A stretch of DNA of 64,000 nucleotides from IMG/VR virus record IMGVR_UViG_3300015242_000024, positions 4,780 to 68,779 of that record; one strand, written 5' to 3'. This stretch comes from a virus. The translations under genes were made by a program, and so were the position numbers. The notes beneath the pieces were generated by a model. It ran no database searches. It saw only the letters and a program-made list of their open reading frames with translations, and was not told where the DNA came from. Positions 16,823 through 27,269 of the stretch are shown one piece after another; position 1 is the first letter of the stretch, and every line of letters begins with the position of its first letter.

Positions 16823-18405
16823 TGGTAAGTAAGGTTGTATCAGCAGAAGAGGAGGCCAAGGAGATTGAGGTAAGAGTTGGCTCGGTCATTGAATATGGAG
16901 CTTCCTCAAAGGAGCTAGACGTATTCTCAAGGTCTGCCGATGAAGTCCGCAAGATGGACGGAATCACCCCTGCCATGAAGCGAAAGACGACACGAGAGCT
17001 ACAGAAGTTCCAGCGTGGAACTGGTGGTGCAGGCACTAAGCGCGAAGAGCGCGATGAGATTACGGGATACAACCTATTTGAAGTAGTGATGCCACCTTAC
17101 AACCTGGACTATCTTGCAGCTCTATACGAGAAGTCATCGCCTCACGCAGCAGCCGTAAAGGCTAAGGTAAAGAATATCGCCGGGTTGGGATATTCATTCG
17201 TAGAGTCTGAATTGACTAAGGAGACACTTGACCGCGCCGAAGGAGACGAAAAGAAGCTTTCTTCTATGCGTAGAAAGCTATCCCGAGGTAAGCGAGAGCT
17301 TAACGACTGGCTAGATTCATGTAACGAAGAGGATACATTTGATGAGACCCTTTCAAAGATTTGGACCGACTACGAGACAACAGGAAATGCATATATCGAA
17401 ATTGGTCGAAAGAACACTGGTGAGATTGGCTATGTAGGCCATATTCCATCAACAACTCTTCGTATTCGAAAGCAAAGAGACGGCTTCGTTCAGATTATTT
17501 CTAACCGCGCCGTTTTCTTCAGAAACTTCGGGGACAAGAAGACAACTGACCCAATTGGTCACGACCCTCGCCCTAACGAAATCATTCACCTTAAGAAGTA
17601 CACACCTACGCACGGATATTACGGTATCCCAGACGTTATTGCTGCTATGTCGGCAGTAACAGGTAACGAATTCTCATCGAGATTCAACCTTGATTACTTC
17701 GAGAACAAGGCTGTTCCCCGTTATGTTATCGTTATTAAGGGTGGTAATCTCTCTGCAAGGTCAGAGCAGCAGATTCTAGAGTTTTTCCAGGCTTCTCTAA
17801 AGGGTAAGAATCACAGGACACTCTACGTTCCTCTGCCAGCAGATGAAGAAGGCAAGAAGGTCTCATTCGAGATGAAGCCTGTTGAGACTGGAACTCAGGA
17901 CTCTTCATTCAATAACTACCGAAAGGGAAACCTGAATGAAATCCTTATGGCACACGGTGTTCCTATTTCCAAGGTATCGCTTGGTGAAGGCGTTTCTCTG
18001 GCGGCTGCTAGAGATGCAGACAAGACTTTCAAGGAACAGGTATGTCGTCCAGAACAGAGAATTCTCGAAAAGAAGCTCAACAAGATGGTAAAGGAGCTTA
18101 CTGACGTATTCACCTTGAAGTTGAACGAGCTTTCATTGACTGACGAAGATACTCAGTCAAAGATTGATGAGCGTTACCTACGTCTTGGCACATACGTACC
18201 AAATGAGGTTCGTGCGCGTCAGGGTCTACCCGGTTTGAAGGGTGGAGACAAGCCAGTGGAACTTAAGCCTCAGCAGGCGGCAGAGCAAAAGACACAGGCT
18301 TCGGGAAACAGGAAGAGGGACCAGGAACGTACAGCAAATTCAACGGACTCCGCTTCTTCTACAAATTCAAGAAATCCTCAAGGAGAGGGGAGACAGTCCG
18401 CCTAA
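16822..18405 (+). CDS. portal protein
   Basis: GNAYIE, YYGIPD, YFEN.A.P, AHGVP, NEVR..GLP motifs; position in head module. Confidence 0.9.
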   Translation: MVSKVVSAEEEAKEIEVRVGSVIEYGASSKELDVFSRSADEVRKMDGITPAMKRKTTRELQKFQRGTGGAGTKREERDEITGYNLFEVVMPPYNLDYLAALYEKSSPHAAAVKAKVKNIAGLGYSFVESELTKETLDRAEGDEKKLSSMRRKLSRGKRELNDWLDSCNEEDTFDETLSKIWTDYETTGNAYIEIGRKNTGEIGYVGHIPSTTLRIRKQRDGFVQIISNRAVFFRNFGDKKTTDPIGHDPRPNEIIHLKKYTPTHGYYGIPDVIAAMSAVTGNEFSSRFNLDYFENKAVPRYVIVIKGGNLSARSEQQILEFFQASLKGKNHRTLYVPLPADEEGKKVSFEMKPVETGTQDSSFNNYRKGNLNEILMAHGVPISKVSLGEGVSLAAARDADKTFKEQVCRPEQRILEKKLNKMVKELTDVFTLKLNELSLTDEDTQSKIDERYLRLGTYVPNEVRARQGLPGLKGGDKPVELKPQQAAEQKTQASGNRKRDQERTANSTDSASSTNSRNPQGEGRQSA

Positions 18406-18410
18406 CATAA

Positions 18411-18845
18411 ATGCTAACACTTCTTAGAAGGGCTTTGGAAACTCTGGCAATCGCATTGTCAAGACCAATCAACAAAGTCGCGGCTGTGACTTTGTCAATC
18501 TACACATTTCTCTGGGGGTGTTGGATTGCCAACCCCTTCTGGAATGTGTTTGAGCACGCAAAGGTTTACTCATGGCTTTCGGGCATCGCCCCGGAAACAG
18601 TTTGGGGTGGAATTGCTATCGCCGTAGGAATCATTATGACTTACGGCGTAATCCGCAGTTCATACAATTCATTGACGATTGGAGCGTTCATCGGTTTTAT
18701 TCATTGGTTGGTTATTTCAATGGGATATTTCGCCGGGGATTGGCAGAACACAGGTGGTCTAACCTCTGCTGCTATGGCAATTTACTGCGCCGCTATCTAC
18801 CTAAACGTGCGATTCATTCATTTCCAAGAAACTCACCAGGAATAA
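18411..18845 (+). CDS. four-TM membrane protein
   Basis: Four hydrophobic segments. Confidence 0.7.
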   Translation: MLTLLRRALETLAIALSRPINKVAAVTLSIYTFLWGCWIANPFWNVFEHAKVYSWLSGIAPETVWGGIAIAVGIIMTYGVIRSSYNSLTIGAFIGFIHWLVISMGYFAGDWQNTGGLTSAAMAIYCAAIYLNVRFIHFQETHQE

Positions 18846-18881
18846 TTTGCCTTTTTAAAAGGCGACTGATATTATCTAATC

Positions 18882-20201
18882 ATGGAGATTAAGAAGGCTC
18901 AGTGGACTTCCGATGGCGACAATGTTCGTCTTACGATGCCACTTTCCAAGGTTGACAAGGAGAACCGCCTGGTTTCAGGTTGGGCTTCTCTCGACAACGC
19001 TGACAGCCAAGGAGACGTAGTTCTCAAGGAGGCCAACCAGCGTGCATTCAGCCGTTTCCGTGGAAACATCCGTGAAATGCATCAGCCTATTGCTGTTGGA
19101 CGCATGGTTGATTTCAGGGAAGACTCCTACTTCGACCAGGAGACACAGAAGTTCTATAACGGAATTTTCGTTACGGTATATGTGTCTAAGGGCGCGCAGG
19201 ATACTTGGGAGAAGGTTCTTGATGGAACGCTCCAGGGATTTTCTATCGGCGGTGCGATTAAGGATGCTGAAACTCAGTGGGTAAAGGACGCTAACGCGAC
19301 CATTCGCTTTGTTAAGGATTATGAGCTAGTCGAGCTAAGCTTGGTAGATTCTCCAGCTAACCAATTGGCTAATGTATTCAGCATTACCAAGGCTGCCGAT
19401 GGTAGTCAGGTAATGAAGGGTATGGTAGCAGATACTCGCTCAGAGAACGTATTCTATTGCGAGTCAGATGGGATTGCTAAGACATCCTCCGAAGATTCAG
19501 CATCTTGCGGGAACTGCGGTTCCTCAATGCAGAATATCGGATGGTTTGAGTACGGTACCGAAGAAGAGAAGACTGAAAAGTTTAAGACTCTTCTTGCTGG
19601 TCGTAATTCTTCTAACACGAGCGGTTCAGAAGAACCAATCGCTAAGCAGGAAAATCCTGCACAAAACGAAGGAGGTGTAATCGTGGCAGAAGAGAACAAG
19701 ACTCCTGAGACTGAGGTTGAGGCTGGCTCTACGACAACTGAGGTAAACGAGGTTGCTGAAGAGGGTAAGGCTGAGACGGAGGTTGAGTCAAGCACGGAAG
19801 CAGTAGCAGAGAAGGCCGATGAGGAAAAGGCTGAGAAGGCAGCGGACAATTCAGAAGTAGAGCCAGAGGCTGATATTTCAAAGATGTTTGGTGACCTACA
19901 GAGTGCTATTGAGTCTGGCCTTGAGAAGAATGCAAAGGCAGCCGATGAGGCTATCGAGAAGGCAACTAAGGCATTCGAGAGCAAGGTAGAAGAGCTAGTC
20001 GCTAAGCACGACGAGCTAACCAATAAGTTTGAGTCTCTAAAGACTGACATTGGCGGCGTTGAAAAGCGTCTTGACAGTGTAGAATCTGAGACTGCGATTA
20101 AGAAGTCCGGCGACCTTGGCGGGTCAACGGAAGATACCCTACAGAAGAGTAAGGGTTCTAAGTGGGGCGGGCGCTTCCTCGGCCTTTCCGACCTACAGTA
20201 A
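18882..20201 (+). CDS. capsid maturation protease fused to scaffold
   Basis: HK97-type protease motifs (MH, GFSIGG, ELSLVD.PAN); acidic coiled-coil C-terminus. Confidence 0.88.
   Translation: MEIKKAQWTSDGDNVRLTMPLSKVDKENRLVSGWASLDNADSQGDVVLKEANQRAFSRFRGNIREMHQPIAVGRMVDFREDSYFDQETQKFYNGIFVTVYVSKGAQDTWEKVLDGTLQGFSIGGAIKDAETQWVKDANATIRFVKDYELVELSLVDSPANQLANVFSITKAADGSQVMKGMVADTRSENVFYCESDGIAKTSSEDSASCGNCGSSMQNIGWFEYGTEEEKTEKFKTLLAGRNSSNTSGSEEPIAKQENPAQNEGGVIVAEENKTPETEVEAGSTTTEVNEVAEEGKAETEVESSTEAVAEKADEEKAEKAADNSEVEPEADISKMFGDLQSAIESGLEKNAKAADEAIEKATKAFESKVEELVAKHDELTNKFESLKTDIGGVEKRLDSVESETAIKKSGDLGGSTEDTLQKSKGSKWGGRFLGLSDLQ
19683..20201 (+). CDS. nested in-frame scaffolding protein
   Basis: AAGGAGGTG RBS followed by in-frame GTG 19683 (VAEENKTPETEV...). 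Confidence 0.6.
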   Translation: MAEENKTPETEVEAGSTTTEVNEVAEEGKAETEVESSTEAVAEKADEEKAEKAADNSEVEPEADISKMFGDLQSAIESGLEKNAKAADEAIEKATKAFESKVEELVAKHDELTNKFESLKTDIGGVEKRLDSVESETAIKKSGDLGGSTEDTLQKSKGSKWGGRFLGLSDLQ

Positions 20202-20236
20202 TAAATTCCTAGGAAATATGGAGGTGACACAAACGA

Positions 20237-21238
20237 ATGAGCAATAACACAGAAATGCTAGAGAAGGTTATCCGTACTACCGAGGTTGGTTCCGGTGGTG
20301 GTGGTCTTCTTAATGCAGAACAGGCAGACCGTTTCATTGACTACATGTGGGACGCTACGGTACTTGGTTCACAGGTACGTACAATCCGCATGCGTGCAAC
20401 GGAGCAGGACATCGACAAGGTTGGTGTTGGTGAGCGTCTAATGAGAGTTGCTACCGAGGCTGTTGACGATGGTGTCAACGCAGGAGCAACATTCACGAAG
20501 ATTTCCCTAACGACCAAGAAGTTGCGTCTTGACTGGGAGCTTTCAACAGAGTCTCTTGAAGACAACATTGAGGGCGACGCTCTTGAGGACCACATTGCGC
20601 GTCTCATGGCTACTCAGGCAGGTAACGACATTGAGGACGTTGCTATCAACGGTAACACCGCACTCACATCAGACCCGCTAATGAAGGCATTCGACGGATG
20701 GCGTAAGCTAGCCGTTGCGGGTGGACACGTTGTTGACCACGCTGGTGGCGCACTTAACCGTGCTGCTGCTAACAAGGCCCTTAAGGCTATGCCACGTAAG
20801 TACATGCAGCGTCGTAATGGACTTAAGTTCTTCACCGGTTCAAACCTAATTCAGGATTACCTATACGGTCTTACTCAGACTGCATCTGGCCTAATTAGCC
20901 TTGAGCAGGTTGCACAGAATGTAACCCAGAATGGTGTACGCACCGAAGGTGCTGCTGGATTTACTAGCCAGTCTATCTTTGGAGTACCTGTACAGGAAGT
21001 TCCACTGTTCCTTGAGACTGTTGACGGAGATTACTCCGGAGCCGCTGGTGACCACGGTGACCTATGGCTAACATTCCCACAGAACATGCTTTGGGGAGTA
21101 AAGCGAGAGATTCAGGTCTATCGTGAGTTCAAGCCAAAGAAGGACACCATCGAGTACACAATGTACTGCCGTGTTGGTACACAGATTGAGAACGCTGACG
21201 CTTTCGTTGTTGTAAAGAACATCAAGGTTTCTGCATAA
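20237..21238 (+). CDS. major capsid protein
   Basis: 333 aa after scaffold; GGAGGTG RBS; terminator follows. Confidence 0.88.
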   Translation: MSNNTEMLEKVIRTTEVGSGGGGLLNAEQADRFIDYMWDATVLGSQVRTIRMRATEQDIDKVGVGERLMRVATEAVDDGVNAGATFTKISLTTKKLRLDWELSTESLEDNIEGDALEDHIARLMATQAGNDIEDVAINGNTALTSDPLMKAFDGWRKLAVAGGHVVDHAGGALNRAAANKALKAMPRKYMQRRNGLKFFTGSNLIQDYLYGLTQTASGLISLEQVAQNVTQNGVRTEGAAGFTSQSIFGVPVQEVPLFLETVDGDYSGAAGDHGDLWLTFPQNMLWGVKREIQVYREFKPKKDTIEYTMYCRVGTQIENADAFVVVKNIKVSA

Positions 21239-21252
21239 GATTCTGTCCAATG

Positions 21253-21291
21253 AAACCCCGCCCCTTAATCCGGGCGGGGTTTCGTCTTTTT
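21253..21291 (+). terminator. intrinsic terminator
   Basis: AAACCCCGCCC...GGGCGGGGTTT followed by T-run. Confidence 0.85.
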
Positions 21292-21339
21292 CTAAATCGT
21301 CTGCTATAATGAAATCAATACAGGAGGATATACCTAAAA

Positions 21340-21729
21340 ATGAGTTTTGAATCACTGAAGAAGGAAGACCTTCTCAAGATTGCCGATGAGTATGGCGTAG
21401 ACGCAAAGCCTAGTGACAACAAGGCTGTAATCATTGCTGCCCTGGCAGAGGATGGTGTTGTTTGGGATGACGTTGCCAAGATGGACAATGTTGTTGCAGA
21501 ACAGGATGCGCTACTTAAGGAAGAGAAGGCTGAGGCAAAGGCCAATGGCCCAAAGCAGCTTTTGAAGATGCTCCGCGCCAATAGTTCTTATGAGATTCGT
21601 GGAATCAAGTTCACGAGAGAGCACCCGTTCGCTCTTGTCGCTGAGGACGACGCTGAGTACATCGTAGAGAATGACCCTAATGGATTCCGTTACGCAACGC
21701 CTAAGGAGGCAGCGGAATACTATGGCTGA
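21340..21729 (+). CDS. hypothetical protein with Rho-N/HeH-like N-terminus
   Basis: LKKEDLLKIADEYGV..KAVII pattern. Confidence 0.7.
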   Translation: MSFESLKKEDLLKIADEYGVDAKPSDNKAVIIAALAEDGVVWDDVAKMDNVVAEQDALLKEEKAEAKANGPKQLLKMLRANSSYEIRGIKFTREHPFALVAEDDAEYIVENDPNGFRYATPKEAAEYYG

Positions 21730-22108
21730 TATTGTCTTTCCAGGAATGGCAGCAGGGGGTCCTCTAGGACAGGATTACCTTCCTGCCAATTATGACCTCG
21801 TGCTGTACAAGGGAGACTATTTCAGCATGAGCCTTACGTTCAAGAATCCAGACGATAGTCCAATGGACCTAACTGGATATACCGCGCAATGCAGTATTAG
21901 AACTGGCATTGGCGTAGACGAATCTTTCGATGCAACACTTACCATCACCCCATTGCAGGGAAAGGTTGATGTTCTCTTTCCTAGCACTGTAACTACCACA
22001 ATTGCCGCCGGGGATTATGTCTGGGACTTCCAGCTAACAAATCCTGATGATAATGTGCGTACATATTTCGCGGGTGATGTGAAGGTTTACGGAGAGGTGA
22101 CACAGTGA
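21722..22108 (+). CDS. Ig-like (BppU-N-like) virion protein
   Basis: YKGD...DLTGYTA...GDYVWDFQL...G pattern. Confidence 0.65.
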   Translation: MADIVFPGMAAGGPLGQDYLPANYDLVLYKGDYFSMSLTFKNPDDSPMDLTGYTAQCSIRTGIGVDESFDATLTITPLQGKVDVLFPSTVTTTIAAGDYVWDFQLTNPDDNVRTYFAGDVKVYGEVTQ

Positions 22109-23625
22109 CGACCCCAACAGGTCCAATCACCGTAGAGATTACCACACAGGAGTCTGGGACAGTTCATGTAACCCAGACTCCTGCTCCGGGTCTTTCACTA
22201 GCTACAAGTGGGCCACAAGGTGCTCCGGGAACGCGAATCTTCAAGACGAATGGACAGCCAAGTAATAGCGTAGGTCTCGCAGGTGATTATGCGATTGACA
22301 CGAATACTGGCAGATTCTATGGACCCAAGGTATCCAACACATGGCCAACCTGGTCACAAATCCCAACCATCACGGAAACCGGATGGCATCCTGCTGGTCA
22401 GGCTGCATTTAACAGCGCTGATATTTACCTCACAGAGGCAGGCGGAGGCTTTGGTGGTGGAGCCCTGTGGTTCGGTTCATCGCAGGCTTCTAATGGAGTA
22501 GATGTAACCTTTGACTTCGAAATGAGCGGTGGCTCGGGTGCTGACGGTATCGCATTTGCATTTGCTGATTCTGCCACATCAAATACATTTGTTGGTGGTG
22601 GAGGTGGAGACCTAGGTATTGTCGGAGTAAATTCCGTGGCGGTGGCTTTTGTTTCCTCTCCAACAGAGAAGGCAAAGATTGTTACCACTACAGCTACTAC
22701 AATGACTACAGTAGTCGAGTCAGGAACTCTTGACCTACGACCAAATCCAGTAACAGTAAGAATTAAGTACGATGGAACAAAGCTTACTGTTTGGATTGAT
22801 GGTACTCAGACATTTGACCAGACAATTTCTATTCCTGCGAATTCTAAGCTTGGATTCACTGCTGCCAATGGTGGTTCGGATGATAACCACATTGTAAGAA
22901 ACGTTTCCTTCGTTCCTTCTGGCGGAATGCTTATGAAGGGTGATAAGGGAGATTCTGGACCTACAGGAGCTACCGGCGCAGCGGGTACCGATGGAACAAA
23001 TGGTTCTGCTGGACCAGCGAACACGCTTTCAATTGGAACGGTAACCACAGGAGCGGCGGGTTCTTCTGCTAGCTCCTCTATTACAGGCACATCGCCCACA
23101 CAGACTTTGAATCTCACTATTCCAAGAGGGGATGCTGGGGTTAAGGGAGATAAGGGTGACACTGGAGATACCGGAACGAACAACACAATCATTGTTCGAA
23201 AGACAGCAGATGAAGCAGTAACCAGTTCGACTACAGTTCAGGATGACGACCATTTGGTAATTGCTGTTGCCGCTAATTCAGTTTATGCAATTGATTCATT
23301 CATGATGTTTGATTCAGACCCCGCAGCAGATATCAAATTTACATTCACTGGACCAGCAGGCTCAACTATTTACTACACTTCTGATGGTGTTTCTGCCGGA
23401 AATACAAATAACATCGGAAGCATCAAGATGGATGCAAATGCCGGTGGCGTAGAAACAGTCCTTGGTGGATTTGTTGGCACAAGAACAACGATGCGTCCAG
23501 CAGGAGTCTTGGTAACCAGCGGAACCGCAGGAAATCTCACGTTCCGATGGGCACAGAATGCTTCATCAGCCACACCAACAAACCTCTACGCCAATTCATG
23601 GCTAAGAGCACAGAAAATGGCGTAA
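22105..23625 (+). CDS. collagen-repeat fibre protein with legume-lectin-like domain
   Basis: G-X-Y runs (GDKGDSGPTGATG); GADGIAF and LGFTAANGG lectin-like motifs. Confidence 0.7.
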   Translation: MTTPTGPITVEITTQESGTVHVTQTPAPGLSLATSGPQGAPGTRIFKTNGQPSNSVGLAGDYAIDTNTGRFYGPKVSNTWPTWSQIPTITETGWHPAGQAAFNSADIYLTEAGGGFGGGALWFGSSQASNGVDVTFDFEMSGGSGADGIAFAFADSATSNTFVGGGGGDLGIVGVNSVAVAFVSSPTEKAKIVTTTATTMTTVVESGTLDLRPNPVTVRIKYDGTKLTVWIDGTQTFDQTISIPANSKLGFTAANGGSDDNHIVRNVSFVPSGGMLMKGDKGDSGPTGATGAAGTDGTNGSAGPANTLSIGTVTTGAAGSSASSSITGTSPTQTLNLTIPRGDAGVKGDKGDTGDTGTNNTIIVRKTADEAVTSSTTVQDDDHLVIAVAANSVYAIDSFMMFDSDPAADIKFTFTGPAGSTIYYTSDGVSAGNTNNIGSIKMDANAGGVETVLGGFVGTRTTMRPAGVLVTSGTAGNLTFRWAQNASSATPTNLYANSWLRAQKMA

Positions 23626-23652
23626 TAAGTTCTTAGGAGGTATACTTTTATT

Positions 23653-24579
23653 ATGGAAATTTACAGAAATGACCCGGCTAATATTGATTTGAAGGTGCCA
23701 GTCACCGCAGTCAACGGAACTTTCGAGGTTACTGCCTACGAAGGTAATACATTGCTGTACACTTTTCCGACACCAAATGCGATTCCGGGCGGTGGTGGCT
23801 ATAGAGTAGCCATGCCATTCAGCCTTGTTCAGGCAGATAAGTCTATTGACATTAGATGGAAGTTTAACTACCTGGAGTTTTCACAGGCGAAGACCTATAA
23901 CTACACAACGAGAGTGGATGTCGTTACTCCGTATGTAACCCTTGATGAAATCAAGGAAGCTATTCCAGAGGTACTGACTATGTTTGATAGTGATGCTCGA
24001 ATGAACATTGAGCTTGTACGTCTCGAAAGGCGAATCCGTGGAATTATCGATAACTTTACTGGACAGTCGTTCGGAAGGTACATTGGAACTAGAGAAGTAA
24101 TTGCTTCAGGTGAAGAAGAGCTTAAGCTTTCAGACAGGCTAGTCAGACTTGATAATATTACTGGTGCAAACATTATCTATTCAGAAGACGGCATCTCGTC
24201 ACCAGGACTATACACATCTCGTGGCGATGGCTGGTATGTAGGATTCTCTGCCCCAATTCCAACAGGTGATTATGTATTCGAGAATGTTATTCGAGACCCA
24301 GACTCAACTTATAAGCGCGGGTTCCGAGACAATGTCGTTTACACAGTTACAGGTACATGGGGATGGGATGACGTTCCAGCAGAAGTAAGAGAAGCAGCCC
24401 TATCACTTTGTGAAGATGAGCTTTGCCCACAGTCAGAGTACCGAGACAGGTATCTAAAGAGTATTTCTGGTGATGGATGGAGATATGAATTCAATCCAAA
24501 CGCCTACTATGGAACAGGAAGCGTCATTGCTGACCAACTTCTTGAGCCTTTCCGTCGTAGCACAATGACGGTGATTTAA
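23653..24579 (+). CDS. head-to-tail adaptor
   Basis: YVTLDEIK...IDNFTG...GWDDVPAEVREAA; synteny. Confidence 0.7.
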   Translation: MEIYRNDPANIDLKVPVTAVNGTFEVTAYEGNTLLYTFPTPNAIPGGGGYRVAMPFSLVQADKSIDIRWKFNYLEFSQAKTYNYTTRVDVVTPYVTLDEIKEAIPEVLTMFDSDARMNIELVRLERRIRGIIDNFTGQSFGRYIGTREVIASGEEELKLSDRLVRLDNITGANIIYSEDGISSPGLYTSRGDGWYVGFSAPIPTGDYVFENVIRDPDSTYKRGFRDNVVYTVTGTWGWDDVPAEVREAALSLCEDELCPQSEYRDRYLKSISGDGWRYEFNPNAYYGTGSVIADQLLEPFRRSTMTVI

Positions 24580-25068
24580 TTGATTAGATGCCTGAACAGT
24601 GCAAAGTTCAGCATGCTGGCAGACATTGTAAAGCCAGATGCAGCACCAGACGATTCATCTTCAACTGAAGGACACTGGGAATGGGTACAGGACCCTGACT
24701 CAGGTGCCTTTATTCAGGTTTGGGTAACAGACGACCCAAATACACCTGATGTTGAGGGGCACGTGGTAACGCTTAAGTGTCGAGCAAAGGCAGCATTGAC
24801 CGGAAGCATTCGGTCAGCAGAACATTTCGGCTCAGAGTATTTGAATGAAGAATGGGTTAAGCTCGAACTTCCATACAATGCCGACATTACTTTGAGAGAC
24901 AGAGTAACAAATATCAGAACACTCCGTGGCCAGTCACTCTGGTCAGAGGAAGAGTCTGATGGAAACCCACCTACAACATTCGATGTTTTCCGGGTTTCTC
25001 CAGAGATTGATGGATTCGGAAATCTCATTGGAAAGATTGCTCTAGTCAAGAGGGCGGTGGTTCAGTAA
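24580..25068 (+). CDS. head-to-tail stopper (putative)
   Basis: Synteny and size. Confidence 0.55.
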   Translation: MIRCLNSAKFSMLADIVKPDAAPDDSSSTEGHWEWVQDPDSGAFIQVWVTDDPNTPDVEGHVVTLKCRAKAALTGSIRSAEHFGSEYLNEEWVKLELPYNADITLRDRVTNIRTLRGQSLWSEEESDGNPPTTFDVFRVSPEIDGFGNLIGKIALVKRAVVQ

Positions 25069-25892
25069 TGGCCGGAAAGCCATACGTCGGTTTCAATGCC
25101 GATATTGCAGAAGCCTCCGCCCTCTCCGGGTTTCTTACATCATTGTCTGCTCAGATTAAGACTGACAGACATATTTCACCTGTTTTGAAGATGACTCATG
25201 CAATTATGTCAGATGAGTTTACAGCCTATATGTCTGTAGTTGCTCCAGCACAGATGTCCAGATTCCACCACGTGTATGAGTGGGGACAGATTGGAGACCC
25301 TACAGCAAAGCTTTGGGATGACGTTCTAATTGGTTCAGGCTCCGTGAGGACGGCTACATTTAAATGGCGGGCGTCAAAGCAATCTGTGCCCGTCCGAGAG
25401 GACTTCAAGGCTAAGGGTGTAAAGCAGATTCACGTCTTTGTCTGGAAGGCTCCCGTTATGGAGTATGGAAAGAATATTGTGATTGCCCCTAAGAGAGGAA
25501 AATTTCTCGCCTACTTTACTGGACCAACAAACCCAGAAAGTAAGTATGCAATGCAGGTCACTCAGAATCCAATTCAGGTAACTGACCCTGGTGGTCCAAT
25601 GGTAAAGGGTTCCTTTACCAGAGAATATGTATCTTGGTGGGGTGGCACTGGAGCACAAGGAGTCTTTGAAACAAAGCTTCGAAAGGTTCTAGAAGAAGAC
25701 CTAGGTCGTATGCCTATTGAAGAGGTTACGCGACCATTCAGAAGAGCACGAAATAAGAAGTTTGCTTTCCAGGCAATTGCAGATGCAGAGGCAGCGGAGA
25801 GAGCAGGAGCAATGGCTGCAAAGAAGTTTTTGGAGACCCGCTCAAGAAAGTATATTGAGGCTGCCAAGGCTAGAGAGAGGTTGATTGGATAA
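25068..25892 (+). CDS. neck or tail-completion protein (putative)
   Basis: Synteny; coupled starts. Confidence 0.5.
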   Translation: MAGKPYVGFNADIAEASALSGFLTSLSAQIKTDRHISPVLKMTHAIMSDEFTAYMSVVAPAQMSRFHHVYEWGQIGDPTAKLWDDVLIGSGSVRTATFKWRASKQSVPVREDFKAKGVKQIHVFVWKAPVMEYGKNIVIAPKRGKFLAYFTGPTNPESKYAMQVTQNPIQVTDPGGPMVKGSFTREYVSWWGGTGAQGVFETKLRKVLEEDLGRMPIEEVTRPFRRARNKKFAFQAIADAEAAERAGAMAAKKFLETRSRKYIEAAKARERLIG

Positions 25893-26437
25893 TGGCAGAT
25901 TACAGAGTTGTTGGTGCTCATGAAATCAACAAATGGCTGTGGTTCATGCTCAAGGATTTTGAGTATAAGCCTGGTGTAAAGGCTTTCAAGGACTACAAGG
26001 ACTCCGGTAATTCTGCCGGGTATTCGATTGTACCTTTGATTCCTGGTTACCAATGGCCACAAATGAGCGATATCACGAAGAACAAGAGCCCGTATATCGT
26101 TTACAACTACATCATGTCATCTTACTCATCTGAATGGTGGATTTGCAGAGAGCAGTGTGCCTATGTCATCTACGACTTCGATGAAGAAAGATTGCGTGCA
26201 ATTCATACGTATATGGTTGACCTACTAAAGAGAATGGACTGGACAGCGCGGGATATCAATAACAGTGGAAAGGCTGCTCCTAACTTTGACATTAAGTTTG
26301 TGCAGCTAACCAGTGCTAGTGGTCCTGATGATTTTGCTGTGACAACTGAGTTGACTCTCAGAGGTGCCATGGTGGTAGTTAACTATGAATATACAACAGA
26401 CATGAATACATCAGAAGGAAATGGCTTTAGAGTATAA
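25892..26437 (+). CDS. tail terminator (putative)
   Basis: PYIVY motif; directly before major tail. Confidence 0.55.
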   Translation: MADYRVVGAHEINKWLWFMLKDFEYKPGVKAFKDYKDSGNSAGYSIVPLIPGYQWPQMSDITKNKSPYIVYNYIMSSYSSEWWICREQCAYVIYDFDEERLRAIHTYMVDLLKRMDWTARDINNSGKAAPNFDIKFVQLTSASGPDDFAVTTELTLRGAMVVVNYEYTTDMNTSEGNGFRV

Positions 26438-26539
26438 CCGGGAATTTGGCTTTTTGAAGCTAATCACGATAATATACTCTTAGAGGAAGTGCCTAGCCAG
26501 CACAAAATTTTTTAACCCAAATGGAGGTGACATTCAAAA

Positions 26540-27166
26540 ATGGCATATCAGGTACGTAACATTATCATTGGTGCAGCAGCTCTGTACATTTCTTCAGGCG
26601 ACAGCACTGATTCAGGATGGAACGGTGGCCCAGCGCTACCAGCAGCATCATCTGGACAGTCTTTCACGACTGCTATGGACGCTTCTGCTAATTTCCGCCA
26701 CACCGGTTTCACGACTGAAGGTCTTGAGGTTTCTTATGAGCCAGACTACGGTGAGGTAGAGGTTGACCAGCTTCTTGACTCAGCTAAGTTGTTCAAGCAG
26801 TCTATGAAGGTGACGGTTAACACCACACTTGCAGAGGCAGCCCTAGAGAATCTTCTAGTTGCTTGGGGACAGCAGTCAGCAACCCTTGCTTCTACGGCAA
26901 GTACGACAGACCTCGGAATTGCAGCAGGTGCTCTAGGTGATGAGCCTGTAGAGCGCGCTTTTGTAGCTGTTGGTCCTGGACCAAAGACAGCAGCAGGAGC
27001 AAAGCGTGAGCGTATTTACCACGCACGCCGAGTTCTATCTGTAGAGTCTTCTGCCCACAGCGTGAAGCGTAATGAAGCTACGGTATTCCCAGTTTCATTC
27101 CGACTTCTACCAGACCCTAACTTCACGGGTCAGGAGTACGGCGTAATTCGCGACCGTAACATCTAA
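26540..27166 (+). CDS. major tail tube protein
   Basis: GFTTEGLEVSY..EVDQ; strong RBS; terminator after. Confidence 0.8.
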   Translation: MAYQVRNIIIGAAALYISSGDSTDSGWNGGPALPAASSGQSFTTAMDASANFRHTGFTTEGLEVSYEPDYGEVEVDQLLDSAKLFKQSMKVTVNTTLAEAALENLLVAWGQQSATLASTASTTDLGIAAGALGDEPVERAFVAVGPGPKTAAGAKRERIYHARRVLSVESSAHSVKRNEATVFPVSFRLLPDPNFTGQEYGVIRDRNI

Positions 27167-27182
27167 GATTCAGCTTATGGAA

Positions 27183-27210
27183 GGCCCCACCGAAAGGTGG
27201 GGCTCTTCTA
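27183..27210 (+). terminator. terminator-like hairpin
   Basis: GGCCCCACC-GAAA-GGTGGGGCT-CTTC. Confidence 0.7.
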
Positions 27211-27269
27211 TTTGGACCTTTTCCGGATTCGTGGTAAACTAGAATCACTAATGGAAGGAAAGGTTTAAA

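Noticed and set aside
19454-20230. 258-aa Ser-rich minus-strand ORF
   Set aside because: Mirror of the Glu/Lys/Ala-rich scaffold codons.
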